From Bacteriovoracia bacterium (GTDB lineage Bacteria; Bdellovibrionota; UBA1018; CAIPTA01): a DNA stretch of 64,000 bases. A model generated the notes under the pieces. The model searched no databases. It was not told the origin of the DNA and saw only the letters and a list, made by a program, of their open reading frames with translations. Made by a program: the position numbers and the translations under genes. This document shows positions 1 through 8,396 of this stretch, one piece after another. The stretch's first letter is position 1, and each line of letters opens with the position of its first letter. The stretch is taken from NCBI GenBank assembly GCA_050246755.1, contig JBFWVL010000001.1, forward strand, positions 1,312,001 to 1,376,000. Reading direction: 5' to 3'.

Positions 1-98
1 TTGGCCTCGCGCCGAATGTAGCTGAAATTTTCAAGGAAGGTTTTTTTCGCCTTGCCCTCCGAAGTCATTTCAACGGATTCGATCTTGTCCGAGTTCAT
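1..98 (-). CDS. 5' fragment of next T4SS gene (VirB10/TraB-like by position), truncated by window edge
   Basis: ATG at 98 overlaps the TGA of the upstream gene (ATGA); open frame MNSDKIESVEMTSEGKAKKTFLENFSYIRREA; product inferred from position only. Confidence 0.45.
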   Translation of the reverse strand, partial: MNSDKIESVEMTSEGKAKKTFLENFSYIRREA

Positions 99-517
99 TT
101 TTTCCCCTTTCCCTTTTTGGGTGGCGGAGATGTTTCGGGCTTGGGTTCGATTGCATCCAGCACGCGAATCACGGGGCTTCCGCCCTGGGTCGATGTAATC
201 AGGTCAAAGCTGAATCGCCGCCCGAAGAGATAAACGAACAAGTTGGAACGAGCGGCGATGTTAAGGGGCGAAATCGCAAGATCGTTTTCGACATACTCGA
301 TTCCGAATGTTCCCGCACGCCCAAGGATAACCTTCGAGGGTTTAATCGGGAAACTTAACACCGTTCCCCGCGTTGAGATCAACACCTTGCCGATTGTCTT
401 TTCGTCGAGCCGAACAACCTTCACCTCGTCAGCGAATGCGTTGAGCGTGAAGGCCATAAGCAGAGCGAAGATGAGGGCGAAAAAGAACAACTCGGAATGT
501 CGTTGGTTATTTGCCAT
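95..517 (-). CDS. T4SS secreted outer-membrane complex protein, VirB9/TraK-like
   Basis: Likely start MANNQRH at 517; signal peptide ending AFA; beta-rich body (GTVLSFPIKPSKVILG...RSNLFVYL); position in the vir-like operon. Confidence 0.6.
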   Translation of the reverse strand: MANNQRHSELFFFALIFALLMAFTLNAFADEVKVVRLDEKTIGKVLISTRGTVLSFPIKPSKVILGRAGTFGIEYVENDLAISPLNIAARSNLFVYLFGRRFSFDLITSTQGGSPVIRVLDAIEPKPETSPPPKKGKGKK

Positions 518-1067
518 CCTTTTTGTCCTCCGTCTTGATTGGGGCCACACGCAGGACGACAAGACCATACGGATTGCCGCTCGTGCGCGTGGCTTTTGCG
601 ATGGAGACGGTCATTGGCATTTGAAATGCCGATCTGATTTTTCCAACGGACAGGATGCGGTCGGCATCCACAAGATAGTCGTCACCTTGCTTTGCGACGG
701 AGTTCACAACGACCTTCTGTCTGATTTCCCGCCGCGCCAGCTCCGACTGTTCAGTGTCACGGGCCTTCAGTTCTTCCAGGGCGAAGTAGTCGCCAACGAC
801 AGCCGCGCCGGAGTTAAACCGCTGCGCGATGGCCTCCCCAATAAACGCCTCGATTTCCTGCGGAGTCTGCGCTTGCGATTGCGTAGACGCTGCCGCAGAG
901 AAGCACCCACGCTCAATTACAAGCGGCTCTTTGAAGGCAAATTTCAGTGCGATCATCAAAACGACGACGCAAACAAAAGTGACACCAAGCACAGCGATAC
1001 GAAGCACGTTGTTTTGTTTCGCAACGTCGGCCCAAGCCATAGAAAAACGCATAGATTTCCTTTCCAC
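507..1067 (-). CDS. T4SS bitopic inner-membrane protein, VirB8/TraE-like
   Basis: Single N-terminal TM segment, periplasmic domain with C-terminal NPYGL motif typical of VirB8/TrbF. Confidence 0.65.
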   Translation of the reverse strand: MERKSMRFSMAWADVAKQNNVLRIAVLGVTFVCVVVLMIALKFAFKEPLVIERGCFSAAASTQSQAQTPQEIEAFIGEAIAQRFNSGAAVVGDYFALEELKARDTEQSELARREIRQKVVVNSVAKQGDDYLVDADRILSVGKIRSAFQMPMTVSIAKATRTSGNPYGLVVLRVAPIKTEDKKDGK

Positions 1068-1103
1068 TTAATACGGAAAAAATCTGGATTCAGTGCGGCG
1101 TTC

Positions 1104-1976
1104 TTAGACACCTTTTGGTTTCAAGGATTTTTTGTCATCAGGTCTTGGAAACGCGCCAGCCGCCCCCTTCCCTGCGCTTACACCAGCAGAGACGCCCTTC
1201 TTGGCAACTAGGGTTGGACTGAAGGTCGCGGCCATCGCCGCCGTTCCAATGGCAGAGCTTGCCATTGACGACATTCCTTTTGATGCGAGGGCACTGACGA
1301 CTATTGGTGTTGCAAGAAGCGAGAGCGCCAGAATCAGGTTGAACGAAATCACTGTCAGGAAATTGATGTCGGCCTTGTTCATATCGCTCAGTGCGCTACT
1401 CCAAAGTAAAGCCGCCAGCGTCGCCCACACAATTTTCCACATACAGACTTCAATTAAAGAACGGTAGAGTGCCTTTGTCGCGCCCGCTGTCGCAGGCAGA
1501 ATGAAAAACGCAATCAGTATTGGCGAGAACACATACAGAATCGTCCAAACGTAGATGACCCCGGCGTTCGTGATGAAAACCGAGATGTAAAGAATGAAGA
1601 ATGTCACGAAGGAAAAAAGCATGATGATGCTGTCCTTCACCGCCGTCCAGCTCCATGCCATCGTATCGAGCTTTTCTTTCATCCTCGTGGTGACGAGATT
1701 AAAGTTGTTATAGTCGCCGATACGGGAAGCGAGTGCGTCGGTTACGTCGCTCAACGTATTCGTCACTTCGGCATAGCTGTGGAGCAAGAAGGCTGCGATC
1801 AGCACGCGCCCAACCAGCTCCGGCGTGAACGCCATTCCGCCGATAGGGAGCTTGAAGTATTCGCTTATCACCCCTACCAACACAAGAACGACGGCCAGTC
1901 CATAGAACATCGTCTCGAAGACGGCGTGGATATTCCGCGCCTCTTGAGCGAGCCACGATAAATCAGTCATACTCAA
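1104..1976 (-). CDS. T4SS polytopic membrane protein, VirB6/TrbL-like
   Basis: Several hydrophobic helices, Gly/Ala-rich C-terminal tail, directly downstream of a VirB5/TrbJ-like gene. Confidence 0.7.
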   Translation of the reverse strand: MSMTDLSWLAQEARNIHAVFETMFYGLAVVLVLVGVISEYFKLPIGGMAFTPELVGRVLIAAFLLHSYAEVTNTLSDVTDALASRIGDYNNFNLVTTRMKEKLDTMAWSWTAVKDSIIMLFSFVTFFILYISVFITNAGVIYVWTILYVFSPILIAFFILPATAGATKALYRSLIEVCMWKIVWATLAALLWSSALSDMNKADINFLTVISFNLILALSLLATPIVVSALASKGMSSMASSAIGTAAMAATFSPTLVAKKGVSAGVSAGKGAAGAFPRPDDKKSLKPKGV

Positions 1977-2671
1977 AACCTCGGAAGTTTGTAGTTAGGG
2001 TTTTGGGTCTTTAGGGATTCTCCGAGCTGGCCGGAAACATCCATCATGTGACGGGTCATTTCCTTATCTCGGTGGTTTTGAAGGGCCAAAGCTTGCGCTT
2101 GGATTTTTAGACCCGTCGCCTGGGTGCGAAGACTTTGATTCATTACTGTCAACATCACGCCCATGCTTTCGGCAGTGAGCTTTTGTGCGCCGCCAGGAGA
2201 AACTGCGTGACTGTATTGCTTGATGGCTTCCCCAATCTGGTCGATGTCAGCAGTGTATTTGTAGATGGAGTTATTGAGAGAAATTGCTTCCGCCACACTT
2301 TGATCCGTGTCTTTCTGCACTCTCGCATCCTGCGAAGGTGTCACGGCACCATAAATCTGCTCCAAGCCCCGCAAGGCTTGGTCGAACTTATCCCAATTTT
2401 TGTAAATTCCTGGGTCGATGTTGGGATAAATCGTCCTTACGATGCCGAGCGAATCGTTGATGCCTCGATTGATGTCTCGTAAGAGTCCAAGGGTGTCAGC
2501 CCCATTGCCGATAATCTCCTTGAGCGCAATGAGCTGCTGGGCCGTGTTCGTCACGATCTGAATTAGTAGCGGAATGTCGCCACCCCAAAAATCGGCGCGG
2601 CTGGTGGTTGGCGCGAACACCAGAACGAGAGCCATCAAATGAACGAAGATCACTTTCTTTAATTTCTTCAC
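1973..2671 (-). CDS. T4SS secreted helical protein, VirB5/TrbJ-like
   Basis: Signal peptide (…TTSRA|DFWGGD), Gln-rich helical body, lies between VirB4- and VirB6-like genes with 4-bp overlaps. Confidence 0.6.
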   Translation of the reverse strand: MKKLKKVIFVHLMALVLVFAPTTSRADFWGGDIPLLIQIVTNTAQQLIALKEIIGNGADTLGLLRDINRGINDSLGIVRTIYPNIDPGIYKNWDKFDQALRGLEQIYGAVTPSQDARVQKDTDQSVAEAISLNNSIYKYTADIDQIGEAIKQYSHAVSPGGAQKLTAESMGVMLTVMNQSLRTQATGLKIQAQALALQNHRDKEMTRHMMDVSGQLGESLKTQNPNYKLPRF

Positions 2672-5088
2672 GAAACCCTCTCTTTCTCGAAAGCCGCAAT
2701 GCCGCGAGGATATTGTTCCGCGAGAATACGCAGCCGCATAAGATGGGAGTCATTCGGGCAATCCGCCGCGAGTTGATCGACAGCGGCCAAATCCTTCGGG
2801 TCGGTGGTAGCGATCCAGTATTCAAGCGGCGTGGATTCGACAACGGCGATGATGCGATTTTTCTGTGCTAGCAGAAATGCCTGAGATAGCCGCCCTTTCT
2901 CCTGGTAGAGTGACTTCACCATCTGCACTTCATTGTCGTTGAGGTCTAAAACCTCTTTCAGCCGTTCGCCGTCCACCTGCTGCTGGAGCAGCAGCCACTT
3001 GATCGAGCAGTTTGGCAGCAATGCCCCTGCGATCCGCGATTTAGCGAAGTCGTCTATGTCCTGCGAGATCGCAATGGCCGATGCCTTATATTTGCGGAAA
3101 GTTCTAAAAACCTCCTCGATGAACACGATCCCCGATTCGTTCTTGAGGAGCTTCCAGCACTCATCGAAGCAGAGGAATTTTTTGGTGAGCCGATCTTTTT
3201 GAACCTCGCGCCACACAAGATCGGTAATAAGGAACAGGCAAACGGCCTGGAGTTCCGGGTAGGTTTCCATGCCCTTGAGATCGAATGCGACCACTTGCTT
3301 ATCGAGGCTGATATTCGTCCTCTGATCGAGGAATTTGCCAAACAGCGAATCCCCGCACCAGGGTGCGAGAATTTTTCCGAAGCGGTTGATGGTTGGGTCT
3401 TTATGGTTGAGGAGAATCGTCCGGAGATCAGAGAGGCGTGGTGCCTTTGATGTCGCGTACACCTCTCTAATAGCCTCCTCCAGCTCGGCCCGCTCCAGCT
3501 TCGGCAGACGCGAAACATCTTCCTCCTTCGCCATGAGTTCGATCAACCCCACCAGAAATTTAATTTTCTGGTTCGAGACGACTTCCTCACCTGGGGCCAG
3601 GTCGAAAGGATTGATCGCAATTCCCTCGGAGACGCCGAGCGGAAGATATTGCCCCCCCAGGTTTTCGCAGAGCTTTTTATAGCTCCCGCCAATATCGACA
3701 AAGAAGATCTTAGGATTCTCTTTGAGCATCTGCATGAGGATGATGTTTGTGAGAAAGGATTTTCCGCTGCCTGACCCACCAGAGATCAGCATGTTGGAGT
3801 TCGTAAATTCTGAATCGAACGGGTCAAACTTCAAGAGCGCACCGGAGCCACTTCGTAAAAGAGCACTTGGCTCAGTGGTTCCCGTCCACGCACCGTAGAT
3901 CGGGAGGAGATCGGCAAGGTTTGATGTCTTCACTCGCTTGGATCGCTCCGCCGTCCGTGCATTAGGAATTGCCATCTGCGAGAAAATGTCGAAGGCCGCA
4001 ATCGTTTCCTGCATGGCTTCGCTACTCCCAAGACTTCGCACTGCAATGAGGGCCTGATTTACTTTGTCGTCCAGCTCCTCAAGGCTCTCCGATTTCAGGA
4101 GGATATTGAGACTCAGGCGAAAAACCTTTTCGCCACTAGCGATCATTTGCTCCAGCAGCGTTTCCAGGTCTTGCAGCTTTGCCTCGGATTCGATGTCAGA
4201 AACGCCGCTTCGCTTTCCCCGCGCCATTGAGAAAGCAATGCGCCTTTGTGTCTTGAGGCCCTCCATCTCCTTCGTCTGATCCGGCACATGAACGGAGAAA
4301 AACAGCCGCGATCCGAACGGAAGCCCCTGAAGGATTGCGCCAAGGCAGGAGTACGTCGCCTCCGGCAGAATCTTAAGAGACAAAACCCTATGATGGACTT
4401 TGCCGATGCAAAATCCCTCCTGAGAAATCGAGATGTCGGTGAGGCAAAGCGATTCACGCAGGTCTTCGGGGTCATACTGACCAAGCCCGATTTTGCGCGT
4501 GGGATTCCATTGCTTGTAGGTGAGTTTCAAAACTTCATCGGGGGCGAGAACGCGGGCGCTCAAACCCAATGATTTAATGCCCTGAAGCAGGTCTTCAAGC
4601 GTGCGGTCGAAGAAAGATAGCTCTTTCTTCAAACGATCTTCTGTTACTTCTTGAAATTTTGGTGTGAATGAAAAGAATTTCGTCCTATCGGTGAGTCGTT
4701 GCGAAAACGCCTTCCGTACAAAGATATGGAGATCGTACTTCGGGATGAATCCCTGCTGGTCAAATTTCCGAAACATCGAAGCGCGACCCAAGGCGAGCGC
4801 CTTTGCCGCCTCGTTGGTAGAGGCCAGCGCGGTTTTCTCAAAACCAGCGATCTCCTCTTCATTGCCATCTCGAATGTCGCAGACGAATTGAATGTCCAAT
4901 CCGCTTGGCAAGCTATTAAGAAATTGAATCAGACTTCCAGCTAGCGCGTTTTTTCCTTCATCAGAATAGGCAACCACATCTAGCGGCGAAACTCTGATGG
5001 CGGCCCCCAGCGAACCGTCCTCGAAAATCATGCGATCTTGTTCAAAGCCCCAGAGCTGAAGCTCATCGGTCAAAATGTCAGTTTTCAT
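2668..5088 (-). CDS. virB4: VirB4/TraC-family conjugation ATPase
   Basis: 806 aa; Walker A GGSGSGKS, Walker B FDECW, VDIGGSY and FRKY…ISQ motifs typical of VirB4/TraC. Confidence 0.9.
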   Translation of the reverse strand: MKTDILTDELQLWGFEQDRMIFEDGSLGAAIRVSPLDVVAYSDEGKNALAGSLIQFLNSLPSGLDIQFVCDIRDGNEEEIAGFEKTALASTNEAAKALALGRASMFRKFDQQGFIPKYDLHIFVRKAFSQRLTDRTKFFSFTPKFQEVTEDRLKKELSFFDRTLEDLLQGIKSLGLSARVLAPDEVLKLTYKQWNPTRKIGLGQYDPEDLRESLCLTDISISQEGFCIGKVHHRVLSLKILPEATYSCLGAILQGLPFGSRLFFSVHVPDQTKEMEGLKTQRRIAFSMARGKRSGVSDIESEAKLQDLETLLEQMIASGEKVFRLSLNILLKSESLEELDDKVNQALIAVRSLGSSEAMQETIAAFDIFSQMAIPNARTAERSKRVKTSNLADLLPIYGAWTGTTEPSALLRSGSGALLKFDPFDSEFTNSNMLISGGSGSGKSFLTNIILMQMLKENPKIFFVDIGGSYKKLCENLGGQYLPLGVSEGIAINPFDLAPGEEVVSNQKIKFLVGLIELMAKEEDVSRLPKLERAELEEAIREVYATSKAPRLSDLRTILLNHKDPTINRFGKILAPWCGDSLFGKFLDQRTNISLDKQVVAFDLKGMETYPELQAVCLFLITDLVWREVQKDRLTKKFLCFDECWKLLKNESGIVFIEEVFRTFRKYKASAIAISQDIDDFAKSRIAGALLPNCSIKWLLLQQQVDGERLKEVLDLNDNEVQMVKSLYQEKGRLSQAFLLAQKNRIIAVVESTPLEYWIATTDPKDLAAVDQLAADCPNDSHLMRLRILAEQYPRGIAAFEKERVS

Positions 5089-5408
5089 CTAGCCCCCTTG
5101 CGCAATAGTCGCGGCGGTTTTTGAAAAATTCTTGATTCAGGGAATGCCCAAAGAGCTTTCGGCCTCACCCAGAATTTTCCTAGGTGCAGTAGATAGTTGT
5201 CGGGCTTGCCGCGCTTTCCGATGCGAATTGTGAGGGCCACTGCCAGAGTGGGGAGCCACACTAAAAACAACTTCCCCGAAGCTGCGCCGAACAGAAAATT
5301 TAGGATCGAGAGCAGGAAGAAGATGAACAGCAAGTCAGGAATTTCAAATCCCATGACTTGCAGCTTTTTCTCCAAGCACTGGCTGACGGGCGTTACTTTC
5401 AAAGCCAT
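5085..5408 (-). CDS. VirB3/TraL-like small membrane protein
   Basis: Probable start MALKVTPV at 5408 with GGAG RBS; two TM segments and KRGKPDNYLLH tail; between pilin and VirB4. Confidence 0.65.
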   Translation of the reverse strand: MALKVTPVSQCLEKKLQVMGFEIPDLLFIFFLLSILNFLFGAASGKLFLVWLPTLAVALTIRIGKRGKPDNYLLHLGKFWVRPKALWAFPESRIFQKPPRLLRKGAR

Positions 5409-5482
5409 GTGTGATCTCCAACGAAAGAACCGCCGCCACCCAGAGAAAGACAATTCTCCGAGCGGCAGCGGGCGGGTGGCCC

Positions 5483-5767
5483 CTAGTGGATGAGTGTCTG
5501 GACAAATTCGATGATGGAGGGTGCGCCGAATCCGACGACGGCCCCCATGATCGCCAGGATCAGGTGCGAGCGAGCGTTCTGCGATCCCGTGAAGAACGAG
5601 AATGCAGCGAACACCAACCCCAGAATCCCAACGAGCGGAAGAACTGTATTGATGAGCTTTGACTGCACGGCCATCAGACTTGATTCAACGCTGGCAAACG
5701 CCATCGCGGGGGCCAGTAGCATCCCCACGGAGCCGAACAACGCGGCCCAGAACTTTTTGATTTTCAT
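5483..5767 (-). CDS. Conjugative pilin, TrbC/VirB2 family
   Basis: 94 aa; signal peptide (PAMAFA) plus two hydrophobic helices ending GAVVGFGAPSII; first of the vir-like genes. Confidence 0.8.
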   Translation of the reverse strand: MKIKKFWAALFGSVGMLLAPAMAFASVESSLMAVQSKLINTVLPLVGILGLVFAAFSFFTGSQNARSHLILAIMGAVVGFGAPSIIEFVQTLIH

Positions 5768-5846
5768 AAAACCCCTTTGCGAAATGGAAAGTCCTTCAAA
5801 CGGACTTTTTTAGTGGCGGGGTTGACTGTTGCGCGGGTGCCGAGCC

Positions 5847-6194
5847 TTAGTTGCTCGGATAGATGGACATATAGACCTTTTGTTTCGGAAGACGCAGGTT
5901 GATCTCCAGATACTCCTTCAAGTCGCTGCGCAAAATCGCGTAACCAACGGGATTTTGAAAATGCTCGCCGCTTTCGTTTTCGACTTTCTTGGTGAAGATC
6001 GTGAATTTTTCCGAGGAATCGCGGTTCATGCTTAGGTAATAGGTGACATTCGGGAACGGCCACAGCTTCAGGATGTAGTATTTCAGGTTTTCGTACTTCA
6101 GCGCATAGCCGATATGAAATGCGCTTTCAAGTTTCTGGCTGGTCTGGTTTCCAACAAACACATCATGCTTCATTTTATTCACTTCGAGTTCCAT
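5847..6194 (-). CDS. Hypothetical cytoplasmic beta-rich protein (115 aa)
   Basis: GGGGAA RBS, co-oriented with the transfer operon; function unknown. Confidence 0.7.
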   Translation of the reverse strand: MELEVNKMKHDVFVGNQTSQKLESAFHIGYALKYENLKYYILKLWPFPNVTYYLSMNRDSSEKFTIFTKKVENESGEHFQNPVGYAILRSDLKEYLEINLRLPKQKVYMSIYPSN

Positions 6195-6247
6195 TGAAAT
6201 TCCCCTTTAAAAATTTATTTTTATGATTGGAGTCGGCGCGTATGTCC

Positions 6248-6373
6248 TTACTTGAGGAGCATGAGCAACTTCTTGATTCGCCGAACGATGGATCTAATCC
6301 TCCGATTACCGGAAACTTCTTCCTTGGAAATCGAATCGAGAATTACCCCCACCTCTTTTTTGACCGTCTTCAC
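6248..6373 (-). CDS. Small basic hypothetical protein (41 aa; MKTVKKEVGVILDSISKEEVSGNRRIRSIVRRIKKLLMLLK)
   Basis: Translated by hand; GTG start preceded by GGAGGG; below the ORF-track size cut-off. Confidence 0.5.
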   Translation of the reverse strand: MKTVKKEVGVILDSISKEEVSGNRRIRSIVRRIKKLLMLLK

Positions 6374-6381
6374 TTGCCCTC

Positions 6382-6519
6382 CTATTGGCCCATGAGCCTT
6401 AGCGTATTGTTCAGTTCAGCAATCAAGCGGGCGTTGCTCATAATTTCTCGAATCGAGAGCGCCCCCATGAGTTCGTAAAGTTCGCGTTTGAGTAACATCA
6501 GCACTCTGGTTTCATTCAT
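6382..6519 (-). CDS. Small helical hypothetical protein (45 aa; MNETRVLMLLKRELYELMGALSIREIMSNARLIAELNNTLRLMGQ)
   Basis: Translated by hand; AGGGGG RBS and ATGA overlap with the upstream ORF. Confidence 0.55.
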   Translation of the reverse strand: MNETRVLMLLKRELYELMGALSIREIMSNARLIAELNNTLRLMGQ

Positions 6520-6671
6520 AAAATCCCCCTGCGAATGAATGCTTCTGGGTTCTTTCGATATAACTCGGATCGAGCGGCGTTTATTTTTTCTTGTACGCGA
6601 TCCGCTTCTTCAGAAGACCACCATAGCTTTCGGATTGCAGCCTTGAGAATTACGACAATCCTGCGCCTCAT
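6516..6671 (-). CDS. Small hypothetical protein (51 aa; MRRRIVVILKAAIRKLWWSSEEADRVQEKINAARSELYRKNPEAFIRRGIL)
   Basis: Translated by hand; ATGA overlaps at both ends indicate translational coupling. Confidence 0.55.
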   Translation of the reverse strand: MRRRIVVILKAAIRKLWWSSEEADRVQEKINAARSELYRKNPEAFIRRGIL

Positions 6672-6898
6672 GCGACACCGCCCACCGATTCCTCGGTTTC
6701 ATCTTTTAGTTTTGCGATTTTCTCGCGGGATTTCTGGGCGGCGACCTTTTCGGCCCACGCCGGAATGGGGAGATCATCGGATGATCGCGGTCGATCCATA
6801 AGATCGGGGCTGTAGTTGCAGCTCACACAAAATGCGTGAGTTTTCAGAACTTCGTAGCCGCGTTCATTGCAGCGCGGGCACGTTCGTAGGTAGCTCAT
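6668..6898 (-). CDS. Small zinc-ribbon protein (76 aa)
   Basis: CPRC…CVSC motif; AAGGAG RBS; first gene of the leftward operon. Confidence 0.7.
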   Translation of the reverse strand: MSYLRTCPRCNERGYEVLKTHAFCVSCNYSPDLMDRPRSSDDLPIPAWAEKVAAQKSREKIAKLKDETEESVGGVA

Positions 6899-7049
6899 AG
6901 CTTTTCTCCTTTGCTGGTGAGGCGGGCGGTTCTTCGCCCTCTCACCAAATTAAATTGCAAGGAGTGCCAGCTATTGCGTGATTGTGAGCCAACGCCCGAA
7001 GACCAAAGAGGAATTAGGGAAAACAGGCGGATTTTGCAGGATCGAAACA

Positions 7050-7265
7050 TTCAAAAATTTTGGTTGGATAAGCGCGAGATGCCCTTTTTGGGGGGGGCTC
7101 GCGTATTCAAGAAATTTGTCGGCCTTCAAAGATTTTGAACGTGTAGTTTATTCAGAGATATTCAATTTTTTTGAATACTCGAAATCAAACAAAAACAGTC
7201 TATTCTTCAATGAGTTACCTGCTAAAACTGGGGCCATCGCACCCTTAGTATTCAAAAAATTTGAA
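7050..7265. promoter_or_regulatory. Array of TTCAA-N5-TTGAA palindromes, probable enhancer (UAS) for the sigma54 activator
   Basis: Perfect copies at 7125-7139, 7161-7175 and 7251-7265; partial copies at 7050-7063 and 7106-7120; roughly 105-320 bp upstream of the sigma54 promoter. Confidence 0.65.
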
Positions 7266-7370
7266 GAACTAATTACATATTTGTTGTATATCAACCTCCC
7301 GAAGAGGGCCTATGGGCGCTGTTCTCGCGGTTTTTGAGGAGCTAACGGTTAAAGAGTAAACTTCTAGTTT

Positions 7371-7386
7371 TGGCATCGGTCTTGCT
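7371..7386 (+). promoter_or_regulatory. Sigma54 (-24/-12) promoter of the YcaO operon
   Basis: TGGCATCGGTCTTGCT: GG-N10-GC with TT before GC; about 30 bp upstream of AGGGGG RBS/ATG at 7415. Confidence 0.8.
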
Positions 7387-7414
7387 CTCTTCGTGTTTAT
7401 CAGGGGGCCGATTT

Positions 7415-8386
7415 ATGATGGGCGATCTTGCTCAATACAATCAGAGAGTGAAAACGGGTTTTCAAAACCCACGGCTCTCACTCATTCCGAAAATCTCCAG
7501 TGAAGCGGAAATCAAACGGCCAGAGGGCTATGCACTTCCTGGGTTCGTGGCGCTCTCTGTAACTGCCGAAGCTGAGGGCTTAACGGCTACGGGCTACGGC
7601 GAAGGCCCGCGTGACCTTGCCCGCGGAAAGGCGATTTCCGAAGCATTCGAGCGATTGGCCCTCTTCAAATTCTGCGCGGACAGTAAAATCAGGGAAACAA
7701 GTAATGGCTGGGCCGCGCATCGTTCGGCTGACCTTGCGATCCGTGCGGCTACACTTGAATTGATTGAGCGTGATGTTGCTCTCAACTCATGGGAAGACGG
7801 CGGGCCTTTCTATGTAGTGCCCGAATCGCTTTGGCCGATGCCCTTATCTATATGGAAGGCAGAGCCACGCCCGCGCCTAGAATTTTTCGACCTTCGTATT
7901 CTTCTGAGTCAAGGTAACAACGGTGCGTGTATTTCTGCGCTCCTTTTTAACGAGAAGGAAAATTTCGTTGCGGGGCATGCCTCCGCGTTCAGGCTGGAAG
8001 ACGCGATTCTCTCCGCCGCAAATGAGTGCTTCAGGGCGGCACACTCCGCGATCCAATTTGAATTTCTCGCTGAGGTTACGGCTCTTCACGCTGGCGGGCC
8101 TGGAACTTGCGCCTCGCCAGGGGCTCACTCCCTGGCCTACGCCTACAAAGAGACGATGCCTGAAGTGGTGAGGATCGTGAGTGCCACGGAGAACGAAGTG
8201 CGCTCCCATTGGGAGCGACATCAAATCGTGTTGAACGACGTGAACCTCAGCGAATTCGATACGAAAACTTTTGAAGTTGACGACCGTATCGTGGCGCGAG
8301 TCAAAAGCCCCAGGCATCGGCAAATTTTTTGGGGCCGAACGAATGATTTGTCTAAACGAAACAAACACCCGCACTTTGTGGGTTAA
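7415..8386 (+). CDS. YcaO-family ATP-dependent peptide backbone-modifying enzyme (compact, 323 aa)
   Basis: Motifs KAISEAFER and TSNGWAAH…ATLELIERD, plus C-terminal NKHPHFVG resembling the YcaO Pro-rich terminus; start moved to ATG 7415 because the track start overlaps the promoter. Confidence 0.85.
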   Translation: MMGDLAQYNQRVKTGFQNPRLSLIPKISSEAEIKRPEGYALPGFVALSVTAEAEGLTATGYGEGPRDLARGKAISEAFERLALFKFCADSKIRETSNGWAAHRSADLAIRAATLELIERDVALNSWEDGGPFYVVPESLWPMPLSIWKAEPRPRLEFFDLRILLSQGNNGACISALLFNEKENFVAGHASAFRLEDAILSAANECFRAAHSAIQFEFLAEVTALHAGGPGTCASPGAHSLAYAYKETMPEVVRIVSATENEVRSHWERHQIVLNDVNLSEFDTKTFEVDDRIVARVKSPRHRQIFWGRTNDLSKRNKHPHFVG

Positions 8387-8396
8387 GGAGGTAAGT

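Noticed and set aside
243-1211. 322-aa plus-strand ORF
   Set aside because: Antisense shadow of three coupled T4SS genes; no recognisable motifs
6911-7337. 75-aa and 119-aa plus-strand ORFs in the divergent intergenic region
   Set aside because: No convincing RBS; they run through the palindrome array, which is better explained as regulatory DNA
7370-7414. ORF-track N-terminal extension of YcaO
   Set aside because: Overlaps the sigma54 promoter; RBS-supported ATG is at 7415
8271-8396. ORF-track extension of the precursor (137 aa)
   Set aside because: Lies inside ycaO; AAGGAGGT RBS and signal peptide define the start at 8397
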